Numbered from the stretch's first letter, positions 49,007-59,248 are shown. The stretch: DNA of 64,000 bases from Oceanispirochaeta sp. (GCA_963663385.2 CAXXXD010000003.1:1408001-1472000), one strand, 5' to 3'. Notes: a model not told the origin generated them from the letters alone. Numbers and translations are program-made.

Positions 49007-50884
49007 TTACTCCTTTTCCACGGTAAGAGTCTTCTCTTTTTCATCCAGGTTCATGTTAAACACGATCGTTTCGTCCTGAACTACTGTAATCTGGTAATCT
49101 TCCGGTTCGCCCTTGTACTGGAACGAGAGAATATAGTCACCGGGGCTCAAGGCCAGGGGAGTACCAGTTTCACCCCAAATATCCAGAGCTGTAAGTTCAC
49201 CGGGGAATCCCCCCGACAGAACTGTTTTTTTTCCATTAATACGGAATCGGATCAGAGGGTTCCATCCATTGATGCGGAGGAATCCCTCCTTCGGAACAAG
49301 TTGAACATCCAGCTGCAGAGAGGTTTGATAGGGTTGAATCCGCAGATGATAGTCATTGGAATGGTAACCTTCTGCACTAACCCGGATTTTATAGACATTA
49401 TCCGTCTCAAGCTTGTCCGCAACCGCTTCCAGGGGCACATAGACATTGTCTTTGAGAATGGAAACAAGCGCTGTATCCGAAAGATCCTTACCTGTTCCCC
49501 GTTCCCGGGCCTTCATTTCAATTGAAAGAGGAAGAGGTCTGTAACTGGACCAACTCATATTGATATGACGAATATCCCCGAAATCAAAGAAAGATCCTTC
49601 TGTCTTCATAGCTTCAAGGTAGATATTTGTCCATATAACCTGATTATCTATTGTGGTTTTAATACGGTAAGTACCGGGTTCCAGATACCGGACATCCGAT
49701 TCAACAAGAAGATGGCCCTCATTTTCCTCCCGGATTTTATACCGCATCTCTCCGTCAATATCCGGAATTGTTATATTGTCATCCTTAAAAAGATGAGTAA
49801 CGATATTCATGTCACCGCCCTTTTTAAGTGGTTTTTCGATTTCAAGCTGAATCTGGATGGCTCCGAATTTACTGCACTGCAGGTAACGATAGTGCATTCC
49901 CTTCAAATAGGCGAATGATCCCCCCGCCAACAGGAGAATAAGGACAGCTCCGGCGACGGCTAATTTCATCTTTTTCCGACCGGTTTTATACTGCCCGACT
50001 CTGGTATGCCCCGCTTCATCATTCATTAAAGCCACAATATCCTGACGGATTTGCTCTACAGGGGCTCCCTGATACCATCTGTCGAGTTTTTTCATCAGTA
50101 CAGCAATAGACTGCGGCCTTTTCTTCAATTGTGCCTGCATACAGCTTCTTATAAGAGAAACGGCAAATCCGGGAATTTCCGGCTGCAGCTTTTTGGGATT
50201 TACGTAACGCCCTTTCTGGATTTTCAGTATTGTCTCCGGGTTAATCTTGCCGGGAAAGGGCTTCTTGCCTGTCAGCATCTCGTAGAGCATGACACCCAGT
50301 GAATATATATCCGCCTGACAGGTTACATTTTTAGAATCCTCAAACTGCTCGGGGGCCATATAGGAAGGGGTTCCCAGGGTCATCCCGTCCTTTGTCAGTT
50401 CTTCCTCTTCCGAATCGGCCTGAGCAATACCGAAATCAACCAGTTTTATCTCGCCGTTTTTGGAAACCATAATATTGGCAGGTTTGATATCCCTGTGAAT
50501 GACCTGTCTGTTATGAGCATACTGAAGGGCTTTACAGGCATGATAGAAAATATACAAACCCGTATTGATATCCAGATAGCGTTCCTTTTTCAGAAGTATA
50601 TCGACAGAACACCCGTCAACGAATTCCTGAACAATATAATAGGAAGAAGCCTGCTTGAAGTGATCATAGACCCGGACAATATTTTCATGACTGAACTCGA
50701 TCATTATCTTTGCTTCACGCCGGAAGCGCTCTGTCAGATGATCACTGTTATTCAGGGTTAGTTTTTTCAGAACGACCGGCTGTTCGAGAGTTGGATGGGT
50801 TCCCTTGTAGACAGCGCCCATCCCTCCCTCGGCAATTTTATCTTCAACCGGATATTTTCCAATTTTTGTCGGTGTTCGTCCCAT
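49007..50884 (-). CDS. Hanks-type membrane Ser/Thr protein kinase
   Basis: EGGMGAVY, HRDIKPAN, DFG, GTPSYMAPE, DIYSLG; TM; beta-rich, partly PEGA-like C-terminus. Confidence 0.95.
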   Translation of the reverse strand: MGRTPTKIGKYPVEDKIAEGGMGAVYKGTHPTLEQPVVLKKLTLNNSDHLTERFRREAKIMIEFSHENIVRVYDHFKQASSYYIVQEFVDGCSVDILLKKERYLDINTGLYIFYHACKALQYAHNRQVIHRDIKPANIMVSKNGEIKLVDFGIAQADSEEEELTKDGMTLGTPSYMAPEQFEDSKNVTCQADIYSLGVMLYEMLTGKKPFPGKINPETILKIQKGRYVNPKKLQPEIPGFAVSLIRSCMQAQLKKRPQSIAVLMKKLDRWYQGAPVEQIRQDIVALMNDEAGHTRVGQYKTGRKKMKLAVAGAVLILLLAGGSFAYLKGMHYRYLQCSKFGAIQIQLEIEKPLKKGGDMNIVTHLFKDDNITIPDIDGEMRYKIREENEGHLLVESDVRYLEPGTYRIKTTIDNQVIWTNIYLEAMKTEGSFFDFGDIRHINMSWSSYRPLPLSIEMKARERGTGKDLSDTALVSILKDNVYVPLEAVADKLETDNVYKIRVSAEGYHSNDYHLRIQPYQTSLQLDVQLVPKEGFLRINGWNPLIRFRINGKKTVLSGGFPGELTALDIWGETGTPLALSPGDYILSFQYKGEPEDYQITVVQDETIVFNMNLDEKEKTLTVEKE

Positions 50885-50885
50885 C

Positions 50886-51902
50886 CTAAAGAACTCCTTC
50901 TTCTATATTTACAATGTCCCTCTCAGGATCAGCCAGACGGCCCCGTTCCGAATAGTATATCTGCATTTTATCCGGGTTATGAATCTGAATAAAATTCCCG
51001 TCAGCCCGAAGGCTGTATTTCTCCGAAATCGTACGGTGCCCGCCCAGATAAAAATCCAGAGGCCTGTCGAATTCATCTCCATAAATTTTCAGAAATCTTT
51101 CAACCGTTCCCGGTTCTGACTGATCATTACGTGTCCAGGTTAGTCCAAGCTTGATATGGTCAAACCATTCAATGTTGATAATCTCATCGGTACTGTAATA
51201 CTCCAGAGGTTCCGCATGAGAGGCGATAAAGTTCCAGCCAACAGCCATATACGGAAATAGGTATTCAAATTCCGCGTAAGCATTCATAAACTCTTCTCCC
51301 TGAAAACGGAGAACCCACTGCCGGACCATCTCACCCTCATAAACGAATTTACCGAAGGGATGATTGCCCCGTCCCTCTTCGTTCCGGATATTTTCATGAT
51401 TCCCCTTTAAAAAATGAAACCCATCCGGGAAAGAATTTTTCAGGATCATTACCATCTCCATAAGACCGTAACTCTCATTCATCTCCTGATCCATATTTCT
51501 ATGGCGTTTGAACTTTCCCTGGAATTCCTCAAAACTTCTGACCCAGCGGTAATACCCGCGTTTTTCCGAATGAAAACCATCTCCCAGGCAAAGCAGTTGA
51601 ACCGTGGACTCGGAGAGCCCCTTCAACACAGTTTTTCTGTCCGGGGTTTTCCAGTTCAGAACCCGGTACAGGAATTCCCTTCTGGCATGAAGATCCGGGA
51701 CCACCACAACAGGAATATCCTGGTTAAGAAGCACCAGTCCTCCCGGATTTCCCGTATCGTCAGAAAGTCTGATGAGAGGATTCTCATTTTTCAAGGTCTC
51801 AACGGCATTCTCCAGATCGGCGACAAGTTTTCTTGCAGGAGATACCTTCCTGGACTGTGTTAACTGCTGCAGTTCTAAATCAAGACTTTTTATATCTATC
51901 AT
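50886..51902 (-). CDS. calcineurin-like metallophosphoesterase (putative PPP-type protein phosphatase)
   Basis: PDLHA, LGDGFH, KGNHE, SHA, GGH motifs. Confidence 0.85.
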   Translation of the reverse strand: MIDIKSLDLELQQLTQSRKVSPARKLVADLENAVETLKNENPLIRLSDDTGNPGGLVLLNQDIPVVVVPDLHARREFLYRVLNWKTPDRKTVLKGLSESTVQLLCLGDGFHSEKRGYYRWVRSFEEFQGKFKRHRNMDQEMNESYGLMEMVMILKNSFPDGFHFLKGNHENIRNEEGRGNHPFGKFVYEGEMVRQWVLRFQGEEFMNAYAEFEYLFPYMAVGWNFIASHAEPLEYYSTDEIINIEWFDHIKLGLTWTRNDQSEPGTVERFLKIYGDEFDRPLDFYLGGHRTISEKYSLRADGNFIQIHNPDKMQIYYSERGRLADPERDIVNIEEGVL

Positions 51903-51904
51903 TG

Positions 51905-52435
51905 CTATTCCGGTATAATGGTATTGTTGATACTGACAAATTCCTGAGTCATAACTCTGGTGGCATCTTCAATCTGTCTGGTCTGATCACCTGTATTCAT
52001 CAATTCCGGCATAACGGCTATTTTATATACGGGAGAGGATTTTTTCAGGGAACCTCCGGAAAACTCAACTTCATGATCAATACTGATATCAGTACGGATC
52101 TTAAGATTTTCCTGAATGAGTTTTTCCGGAACATCTTTTCGGATACCAATACTGGCATAGATGACCTTGTGCCGGTTTGCCTTTTCCTCAGGTCCAACAC
52201 CAAGTATGGATCCGGAATAAGTCAGAATAAGATAAGCCCGCTTTTCGTCTTTGGAAATACTGCTCTCGATACGCATCTGATACAGATGAACCTGTTCCAT
52301 GAATATCTTCTCTTTCTGCAGCCAGGAATCTGCCAAAAGATCCTGTACGGCAGGTGAAGAAGTCAGATCCGAAATTCCGGTGAGAGAACTCAGATGTTTT
52401 TGAACCTCTTTCGGCAGTTTTTTAAATGAACCCAT
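51905..52435 (-). CDS. hypothetical soluble protein, first gene of the kinase operon
   Basis: AAGGAG SD; 2-nt gap to the next gene; no motif recognised. Confidence 0.8.
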   Translation of the reverse strand: MGSFKKLPKEVQKHLSSLTGISDLTSSPAVQDLLADSWLQKEKIFMEQVHLYQMRIESSISKDEKRAYLILTYSGSILGVGPEEKANRHKVIYASIGIRKDVPEKLIQENLKIRTDISIDHEVEFSGGSLKKSSPVYKIAVMPELMNTGDQTRQIEDATRVMTQEFVSINNTIIPE

Positions 52436-52483
52436 ATTGGTACTCCTTCCTGAAAGCCTGCAAAATTGATATGTTAGAATATA

Positions 52484-53176
52484 ATGAATAGTGCTCTTTC
52501 TGTCAGACCCTTTATATTAATTTTACTGCTAATTATACCAAACGGCACACTCTTCTCCAGGGAAAATATCAGAATTGCCTGTGTTGGAGACAGTATAACC
52601 TACGGATTTGGATTAATAAACAGAGAACATAGTTATCCTGCTCTTCTGAACAGAGAGCTGCCCGACAATTTTACTGTGAGAAATTTTGGTGTAAACGGCT
52701 CCTGTGCCGGCGAAAATCTTGAAGACTCCTACGCTACTGTAGGTTGGATTGATGAAATATCCCGATGGAATCCGGATCTTATACTTTTCATGCTCGGAAG
52801 CAATGATTCAAAACAAACAAACTGGATCAACAGGGACCATTTTATTGAAGGTTACCGGAACATCCTGAAACAAATCAGCGATAGTGAAACTGATATTGTA
52901 CTCCTGGCTCCCATCCCCTCCGGCAGAAATACCTTCGGGATCCGTGACAGAATAGTACGGAACAGGATTTACCCGGCCCTCAGGGATTTCTCAATATCCA
53001 TGGGGTACCCTCTTCTGGATTTTCGGGAAAAACTCGAAAACAGTTTCTTTATTTACCTGGATAATGTTCACCCCAACAGCAGGGGATATAAAATTATATG
53101 CGATGAGATTCTCAGCTATCTTGATCAATCCGGGTATTTTAAAAAGAAAACTCTTTCCCCAGATTTTCCTTTTTAA
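52484..53176 (+). CDS. exported SGNH/GDSL esterase
   Basis: GDSIT, NFG, LGSND, DNVHP. Confidence 0.92.
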   Translation: MNSALSVRPFILILLLIIPNGTLFSRENIRIACVGDSITYGFGLINREHSYPALLNRELPDNFTVRNFGVNGSCAGENLEDSYATVGWIDEISRWNPDLILFMLGSNDSKQTNWINRDHFIEGYRNILKQISDSETDIVLLAPIPSGRNTFGIRDRIVRNRIYPALRDFSISMGYPLLDFREKLENSFFIYLDNVHPNSRGYKIICDEILSYLDQSGYFKKKTLSPDFPF

Positions 53177-54668
53177 ATTCCAGAAAATCCTCACTTGTAA
53201 GGGGTTTAGAGAAGTAAAATCCCTGAAAAGAACGACAGCCAAGATCAACCAGAGTCTTTAGCTGTTTTTCAGATTCGACTCCTTCAACAATCAGATCAAG
53301 CTTTAGCTCCTTGATAAAGTAAAGGATTCCTTTAAGAATGGAGTGATCCAATTCACTATCATGTACTTTCGTAACAAAGGATTTATCAATCTTGACGGTA
53401 TCAACAGGGAGATCTTTCAGGTAATTCAATGAAGAGTACCCCGTACCGAAATCATCCAGGGATATACTGAAACCGGCTTCCTTTAACTGATTCAGCTTAT
53501 TGATTGCATTAACAGGATTATCAATCAGACTGTTCTCGGTTAATTCAATTTTCAGATTACGGGGATCTATTTGATAGTTTTCTGTCAGTTTAATAAAAGT
53601 CTCAACCAGATCCGGATTATAAAACTGACGGGGTGAAACATTAACAGACAGGACCGTATGGTTATACATCTTATCCTTCCAGTCCCGCAATTGCTTGGCA
53701 GCTGAAAAGATAACCCAGTTACCCAGGGGTATAATCAACCCGGTCTCCTCTGCAAGAGGAATAAAATCATCAGGACGTATGCCGCCTTTTTCCGGATGAT
53801 TCCATCTTATAAGGGCTTCAGATTTAATTTCGCTTATTCTGTAATGATCCTTCCAGACTTCAATGGTTACGATCGGCTGAAAATTCAGATAGAACTGTTT
53901 ATCAATCTCTTTGATTGCCTGTTTTTCCAATGCCTTAATGATACTGTTCTGCAGTTCCATCTTCTCTATAACCAGATCACTGATTTCTTCTGTGAATATG
54001 GTATAGCTGATCTTCTGCTTACAGGCATAACTGAGAGCGATATCGGAATTATGAAGCAGAGTGTTTCGATCCAGCCCATGTTTGGGGAACAGGGAAACAC
54101 CGCAGCTTGAGTCTATGGAAATATTATACCCCGAAAAGATATGAGGCCTTTTTATCTCCTCGTTCAGCAGCTGAAGAAACATCTGCAACCGCCGCTCATC
54201 ATTGATATCCTGAAAAACGATGAGGAATTCATCCTCCCTTGTATGATAGACAAGGTTCTCCATTCCGCACAATTCTGAAAGACGGACACCGATCTGATAT
54301 AAGACCCATTCACTGATAGTGGGTTTTAAAGCTTTATTAATCGCTTCAAAATTTTCATTCAGCTTGATCAGAATAAAAGCTATGGGAGTTAGATTGTCTG
54401 CTTCCAGTCTTTTTTCCAGAAGGAGATTAACATCTTCGTTCGCTTTTACGTGATTAGGCAGCCCTGTTTTATGATTCAATACGACCCTTCGCTGAAGATC
54501 CGAGTTTTCCTTCTTTAAATTCTTTAGTTCCAGTGCCAGCTGCCCCAACTGACTGACAAGGTTCTCTCTCTCTTCTTCCAGAGCATTAACAAGTTCAATT
54601 AACTCCGGAGATGAGAGGTTTTCCAGTTTTGCTAATGTAGTCAAATATTTATCCGAACCTATATCCAT
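53139..54668 (-). CDS. coiled-coil, degenerate GGDEF and EAL protein (probable c-di-GMP phosphodiesterase)
   Basis: TGLPN, REDEF in place of GGDEF; EALIRW, DDFGTGYSS, EGVE. Confidence 0.9.
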   Translation of the reverse strand: MDIGSDKYLTTLAKLENLSSPELIELVNALEEERENLVSQLGQLALELKNLKKENSDLQRRVVLNHKTGLPNHVKANEDVNLLLEKRLEADNLTPIAFILIKLNENFEAINKALKPTISEWVLYQIGVRLSELCGMENLVYHTREDEFLIVFQDINDERRLQMFLQLLNEEIKRPHIFSGYNISIDSSCGVSLFPKHGLDRNTLLHNSDIALSYACKQKISYTIFTEEISDLVIEKMELQNSIIKALEKQAIKEIDKQFYLNFQPIVTIEVWKDHYRISEIKSEALIRWNHPEKGGIRPDDFIPLAEETGLIIPLGNWVIFSAAKQLRDWKDKMYNHTVLSVNVSPRQFYNPDLVETFIKLTENYQIDPRNLKIELTENSLIDNPVNAINKLNQLKEAGFSISLDDFGTGYSSLNYLKDLPVDTVKIDKSFVTKVHDSELDHSILKGILYFIKELKLDLIVEGVESEKQLKTLVDLGCRSFQGFYFSKPLTSEDFLEFKKENLGKEFSF

Positions 54669-54849
54669 ATCGATTTCGAATTCAAAGGAACCCGTTCCAA
54701 AAGCATTTTACATGCAAGTATAAAGATAATCAAACCTTTTATTTTTTCTTGTACTCAGCCCAAGCATATACCGGAACAGTCTGCTTATTTATTATATAAT
54801 TTGTAAAAAATCACAATGAAATATTTTATTCCTATGCTATAAAGATTGT

Positions 54850-55797
54850 ATGAATTTACTCACACTACTGGGCGCAATACTCTGGGACAGAATCCTGGGA
54901 GAACCTCCTGTTCGTTTCCATCCAACAGTCTGGATGGGTTCCTATATAAAGTTCCTATGGCAATTAAAAAGAAAACACACGCCCCCGGGCGATTTTATCT
55001 GGGGAACATTTCTTCTTCTTTCCGGTTTAACCCTTTTTATTGCCCCTCTCGTTTATTTTGTTTTTATTATCGGCAACTTCTCGCCGGTTCTGAAAGTTCT
55101 AATTTCCATTCCCCTCCTGAAAGTTTCCTTCTCTATTCGCTTCCTTCTGCAGACTGCCGGAGAGATAAAGAAGGCTCTTGAAGAGGAGAATATTGAAGAA
55201 GCCCGCCGCCTGACCGCCTACCATCTGGTAAGCCGGGACACATCACATCTTAATAAAGAGGAGATTGTATCCTGCGTAATAGAATCAGTGGCCGAAAATA
55301 TCACTGACAGTTTTATATCGCCCCTGTTCTATTATCTGATTTTTGGAATACCTGGAGCCTGGGGATTCCGTTTTGTCAATACGGGGGATGCCATGATTGC
55401 CTACCGAAACGAGGAATTCGAATGGGGGGGCAAGTTTACGGCCTGGACTGACTCCATCCTGAACTGGTTACCCGCCCGCCTTACGGCTTTTGGTATAGTA
55501 GCGGCCTCCTGTCTGACACCGGGGTATTCGGGAAGAAACAGCTGGAAGGCTATGAAAACGGGACGCCTTGCAACAGCGAGCCCCAACGCAGGCTGGACAA
55601 TGGGAGCTATGGCTGGCACCCTGAGTATCAGACTGGAAAAAAAGGACGAGTATATCCTGGACGGAGGATCGGACCGCCTTACGGTTCAGAAAATCGAAAG
55701 CTGCCTGAGAATGACTGTAATAGCTCTTGTTTTGACTATGACTGTTCTGATTTTACTGGTACAGGGGGGATTATGGGTTCTGAACATGGTGGTTTAA
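54850..55797 (+). CDS. cbiB: adenosylcobinamide-phosphate synthase
   Basis: GEP...HP, LVSRDT, ESVAEN..D, NTGDAMIAY, NWLPARL, SPNAGW. Confidence 0.94.
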   Translation: MNLLTLLGAILWDRILGEPPVRFHPTVWMGSYIKFLWQLKRKHTPPGDFIWGTFLLLSGLTLFIAPLVYFVFIIGNFSPVLKVLISIPLLKVSFSIRFLLQTAGEIKKALEEENIEEARRLTAYHLVSRDTSHLNKEEIVSCVIESVAENITDSFISPLFYYLIFGIPGAWGFRFVNTGDAMIAYRNEEFEWGGKFTAWTDSILNWLPARLTAFGIVAASCLTPGYSGRNSWKAMKTGRLATASPNAGWTMGAMAGTLSIRLEKKDEYILDGGSDRLTVQKIESCLRMTVIALVLTMTVLILLVQGGLWVLNMVV

Positions 55798-56828
55798 ACT
55801 TTTTTCAGCTGCGCAACGAACGAATTGATCCAGAGGACATCCTGGATTTCAGTGTCAGCATTAATCCTGCGGCCCTCCCCTTCAAGGTCAGGGAGAAGTT
55901 TCAAAGGAGCTGTATTACCCGTTACCCGGATTCAGAGAGTACTCTACTGAGAGAGAAGATTGCCGAATTCAATAATATTCCGGTTATTGGAAACATCCTG
56001 GTGGTTAACGGCACTTCCCAGGGGATATTTCTGATTGTCCAGGCTCTTATGAATGATGGGGACAGGATCGGGATCGTAAGCCCCAGCTACAGCGAATATT
56101 TTGATGCCTGTTCTCTCAAAACAGATAGGATTGATTTATTGCATATGACAGGGAAACCGGATTTTCAATTTCCCCTGCAAGAGATATGCTCCTATATTGA
56201 GAACTTTTCTCCCCGGATGATTTGGATCTGCTCCCCCAACAACCCGACAGGGACTTACCTTGATGAGATGAGTTTCGAGCTGATCCGTCAAAACTGCCTC
56301 AAATCTGACACACTTCTGCTGCTGGATGAAGCCTATATATGTTTTGTCCCGGAAGAAAGCCGTTATAACGCCCTTCGGAAAAATGTTCTTGTTCTCCGCT
56401 CTATGACAAAGGATTTCGGATTTCCCGGATTACGCCTGGGCTATCTGATGGGGGAAGAGGAAAATATCGGAAAAATAAAAAAATGGCAGCCCGACTGGAG
56501 TATAAATGCTCCTGCCCAGGAAGCCGGAATAGCCGGTTTCGGGGAAATAGATTATTTCAGACAGAGCTGGCGGGAAATAGCCCGAAGAATGCAGGATATG
56601 CGAAAGGTTTTCAATGAATTGGGTTTGCGAACCTATCCCAGTTGTGCCAACTTTTTTCTGATGGAGATAGATGATATAGACGCTTTAAAAGCTCATCTCT
56701 GGCAGGATCTTATCCTTGTCAGAGACTGCCGTTCCTTCGGCCTGGAAAATATGATCCGAATCGGAGTGAACACAGACAGGGCCAACAGAAAACTGTTAAA
56801 CAGTATTAAGGAGTATCTGAAAAAATGA
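55773..56828 (+). CDS. cobD: L-threonine-O-3-phosphate decarboxylase (PLP class I/II)
   Basis: HGG, DFSxxINP, PNNPTG, DEAY, RSMTKxFGxPGLRLG; cob context. Confidence 0.85.
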   Translation: MGSEHGGLNFFQLRNERIDPEDILDFSVSINPAALPFKVREKFQRSCITRYPDSESTLLREKIAEFNNIPVIGNILVVNGTSQGIFLIVQALMNDGDRIGIVSPSYSEYFDACSLKTDRIDLLHMTGKPDFQFPLQEICSYIENFSPRMIWICSPNNPTGTYLDEMSFELIRQNCLKSDTLLLLDEAYICFVPEESRYNALRKNVLVLRSMTKDFGFPGLRLGYLMGEEENIGKIKKWQPDWSINAPAQEAGIAGFGEIDYFRQSWREIARRMQDMRKVFNELGLRTYPSCANFFLMEIDDIDALKAHLWQDLILVRDCRSFGLENMIRIGVNTDRANRKLLNSIKEYLKK

Positions 56829-57370
56829 TCCTTGTATTAGGCGGTACAAAGTCCGGAAAAACAGGCTTTGCAGAGAGAACGGCGGAAGCCTATTCACAGA
56901 AACACAACTGTCCGGTTGTATATCTTGCGACAGCACAGGCCTGGGACGAGGAAATGAAAATCCGTATCAGGAGACATCAGGAGTCCCGTCCTGATCACTG
57001 GATCACCTTCGAAGAGCCGCGGGATATCCTGTCTGTTTTTGAAAGTGATGCGCTTCAGCAGAATACGGTAGTGCTCCTGGACTGTCTAACCATGTGGATT
57101 ACCAACCTTTTAATGGATCTGGGAGAAGATTTGACAAAGGAAGAAGCGGAGGAGGCTGTACTTTCGAAGTTGACAGGATTCCTGAAAAGGGCATCATCCT
57201 ATAAAGGTGAAGTTATTATTGTTTCAAATCTGGTTGAGGTGGGGCTTATATCACCCCATTTTCTGGGAAGAACGTTTCAGGATCTGGCGGGAAAATCCCA
57301 CCAGATGATTGCTGCTGCGGCGCAGGAAGTCTATCAGATAACAGCAGGACTCGCCCTTAAATTAAAATAA
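56825..57370 (+). CDS. cobU: adenosylcobinamide kinase / guanylyltransferase
   Basis: GGTKSGKT, YLATA, RIRRHQxxRP, DCLTMW. Confidence 0.93.
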   Translation: MILVLGGTKSGKTGFAERTAEAYSQKHNCPVVYLATAQAWDEEMKIRIRRHQESRPDHWITFEEPRDILSVFESDALQQNTVVLLDCLTMWITNLLMDLGEDLTKEEAEEAVLSKLTGFLKRASSYKGEVIIVSNLVEVGLISPHFLGRTFQDLAGKSHQMIAAAAQEVYQITAGLALKLK

Positions 57371-57380
57371 AGGATGCATT

Positions 57381-58436
57381 ATGGGTTTTATGGATGAAAT
57401 AAGTTTAATAGAAGGACTGGACCAGACAGCAATGAATCAGGCGGAACTGCGCTGGGACTCCCTTACAAAACCGCCCAAAAGTCTGGGCAAACTGGAAGAT
57501 GTTGTCATCCGGATTGCTGGAATACAGAGGACTTCCATGCCTCGCCTGGACAGGAAACAGGTTCTCTGCTTTGCAGGTGACCATGGTGTTTTCAAGGAGG
57601 GAGTCTCCCCTTCCCAACAGAGCGTCACAGCCGAAATGGTTAAAAACTTTGTTAACGGGGGAGCAGCTATCAGTGTCCTTTCCTGCTGTACCGGGTCAAA
57701 TCTCAAAGTTATCAATACGGGAATGGTGAATGTTGTCGATCACCCTTCTGTCATTCAGAAAAGTATAGCCCCGGGCACTATGAACATGGCGGAAGGCCCG
57801 GCAATGACCAGAGAACAGGCTGTTGCCGCAATAGAACTTGGATACGGAATGGCAAAGGATCATATTAAGGACGGAGTCAGCCTGATTGCTGCCGGAGAGA
57901 TGGGTGTGGGCAATACAACAGCCGCCAGCGCCATCTACTCCTGTATGACAGGACTCTCTCCGGCGGAAGTTACCGGAACAGGGGCTGGGCTGCCCCCGAA
58001 TATGGTTCCCCATAAGGCGTCTGTTATTCAGAAAGCCCTGGATATTAACAGACCGGATCCGGGGGATCCTCTCTCGGTCCTGCAGGCCGTTGGCGGCTTT
58101 GAACTGGCAGCTATGACCGGTGTTATGATAGCCGGCGCCGTATACCGCTGTCCCATTATTGTAGACGGCTTTATTTCCGGCGCATCAGCCATTCTGGCTA
58201 TGACATTCCATGAATTAATCAGGGAGTACCTTTTCTTTTCCCACAGCTCGGGAGAAAAAGGTTTTCAGGAAGTCTGCAAGCGGTTTCGTATTGATCCTCT
58301 GGTAGATCTGAATATGCACCTGGGAGAAGGAACGGGAGCCGTAATGGTGATTCCCCTGCTGGAAAACAGCCTTGCCTGTTATCATAATATGGCGACGTTT
58401 GCTGAAGCTGGCGTTACGGAGATTGAAAAGCAGTGA
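57381..58436 (+). CDS. cobT: nicotinate-nucleotide-dimethylbenzimidazole phosphoribosyltransferase
   Basis: LTKPPKSLGKLE, DHG, GEMGVGNTT, LGEGTGA. Confidence 0.96.
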   Translation: MGFMDEISLIEGLDQTAMNQAELRWDSLTKPPKSLGKLEDVVIRIAGIQRTSMPRLDRKQVLCFAGDHGVFKEGVSPSQQSVTAEMVKNFVNGGAAISVLSCCTGSNLKVINTGMVNVVDHPSVIQKSIAPGTMNMAEGPAMTREQAVAAIELGYGMAKDHIKDGVSLIAAGEMGVGNTTAASAIYSCMTGLSPAEVTGTGAGLPPNMVPHKASVIQKALDINRPDPGDPLSVLQAVGGFELAAMTGVMIAGAVYRCPIIVDGFISGASAILAMTFHELIREYLFFSHSSGEKGFQEVCKRFRIDPLVDLNMHLGEGTGAVMVIPLLENSLACYHNMATFAEAGVTEIEKQ

Positions 58437-59248
58437 AAAAACTTATCTACGCCCTGCGGTTTATGACCATCCTGCCCATCCCCTGGAATGAAAATGAAGA
58501 CCTTGTACAGGTTTCCCGGTCATCCGGGATGTTTCCCCTGGTGGGCCTGTTTATTGGCCTGCTGCTGGGGGGGACCTTTTCTCTGTTCCGGAACCTGCTC
58601 TCCCTTGAGACGGTCGCCTTTCTGCAAACCCTTGTCTGGGTTTTTATTACAGGAGGGCTGCACCTGGACGGACTCTCCGATACATTTGACGGAATCGGCA
58701 GCGGCAGAGAGCGGGAGCGTATGCTGGAGATTATGAAAGACAGCAGCATAGGGGCATTCGGCGCGCTCTCTCTGATTCTTCAGATTCTGCTGAAGTATGT
58801 TTTTATACGGGAGATCAATACCCTTGCCCCCTGGCTGATCCTGCTGGCTCCGGTTTGCGGCAGATGGGGCCAGCTGATTGCCATCTACTACTACCCTTCC
58901 GCCAGAAAAAACGGGATGGGGATATTCTTCAGGGATCATATAAGACCCAACGAAGTAATCTTCGGACTGTTATGTACCATACTGATCTTTCTGTCCTTGT
59001 TGCCCTGGTATGCCCTTTTCATCCTGGCAGCTCACAGCCTGATAGTCGTTCTTGTTTCTACAGGGATATCAAAGAAACTCAACGGGTTAACCGGGGATGT
59101 ATACGGACTGGTTTGTGAGACAGGAGAATCTGCAGCGCTGATTCTTACCGTATTCTACCTGTCTCTTACAGGTTCAATGGGAATCGGGCGGGAAGGGTTT
59201 TCTCTAATTGAGGGTCTGAATAAACTCATCCATCCTTTTTTCCAGTGA
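58433..59248 (+). CDS. cobS: adenosylcobinamide-GDP ribazoletransferase
   Basis: TGGLHLDGLSDTFDG, IMKDSxIGAFG, GLTGDVYG. Confidence 0.96.
   Translation: MKKLIYALRFMTILPIPWNENEDLVQVSRSSGMFPLVGLFIGLLLGGTFSLFRNLLSLETVAFLQTLVWVFITGGLHLDGLSDTFDGIGSGRERERMLEIMKDSSIGAFGALSLILQILLKYVFIREINTLAPWLILLAPVCGRWGQLIAIYYYPSARKNGMGIFFRDHIRPNEVIFGLLCTILIFLSLLPWYALFILAAHSLIVVLVSTGISKKLNGLTGDVYGLVCETGESAALILTVFYLSLTGSMGIGREGFSLIEGLNKLIHPFFQ

Noticed and set aside
54801..54816. Rex/CRP-like palindrome TTGTAAAAAATCACAA upstream of cbiB
   Set aside because: Spacing fits neither consensus and the region is AT-rich
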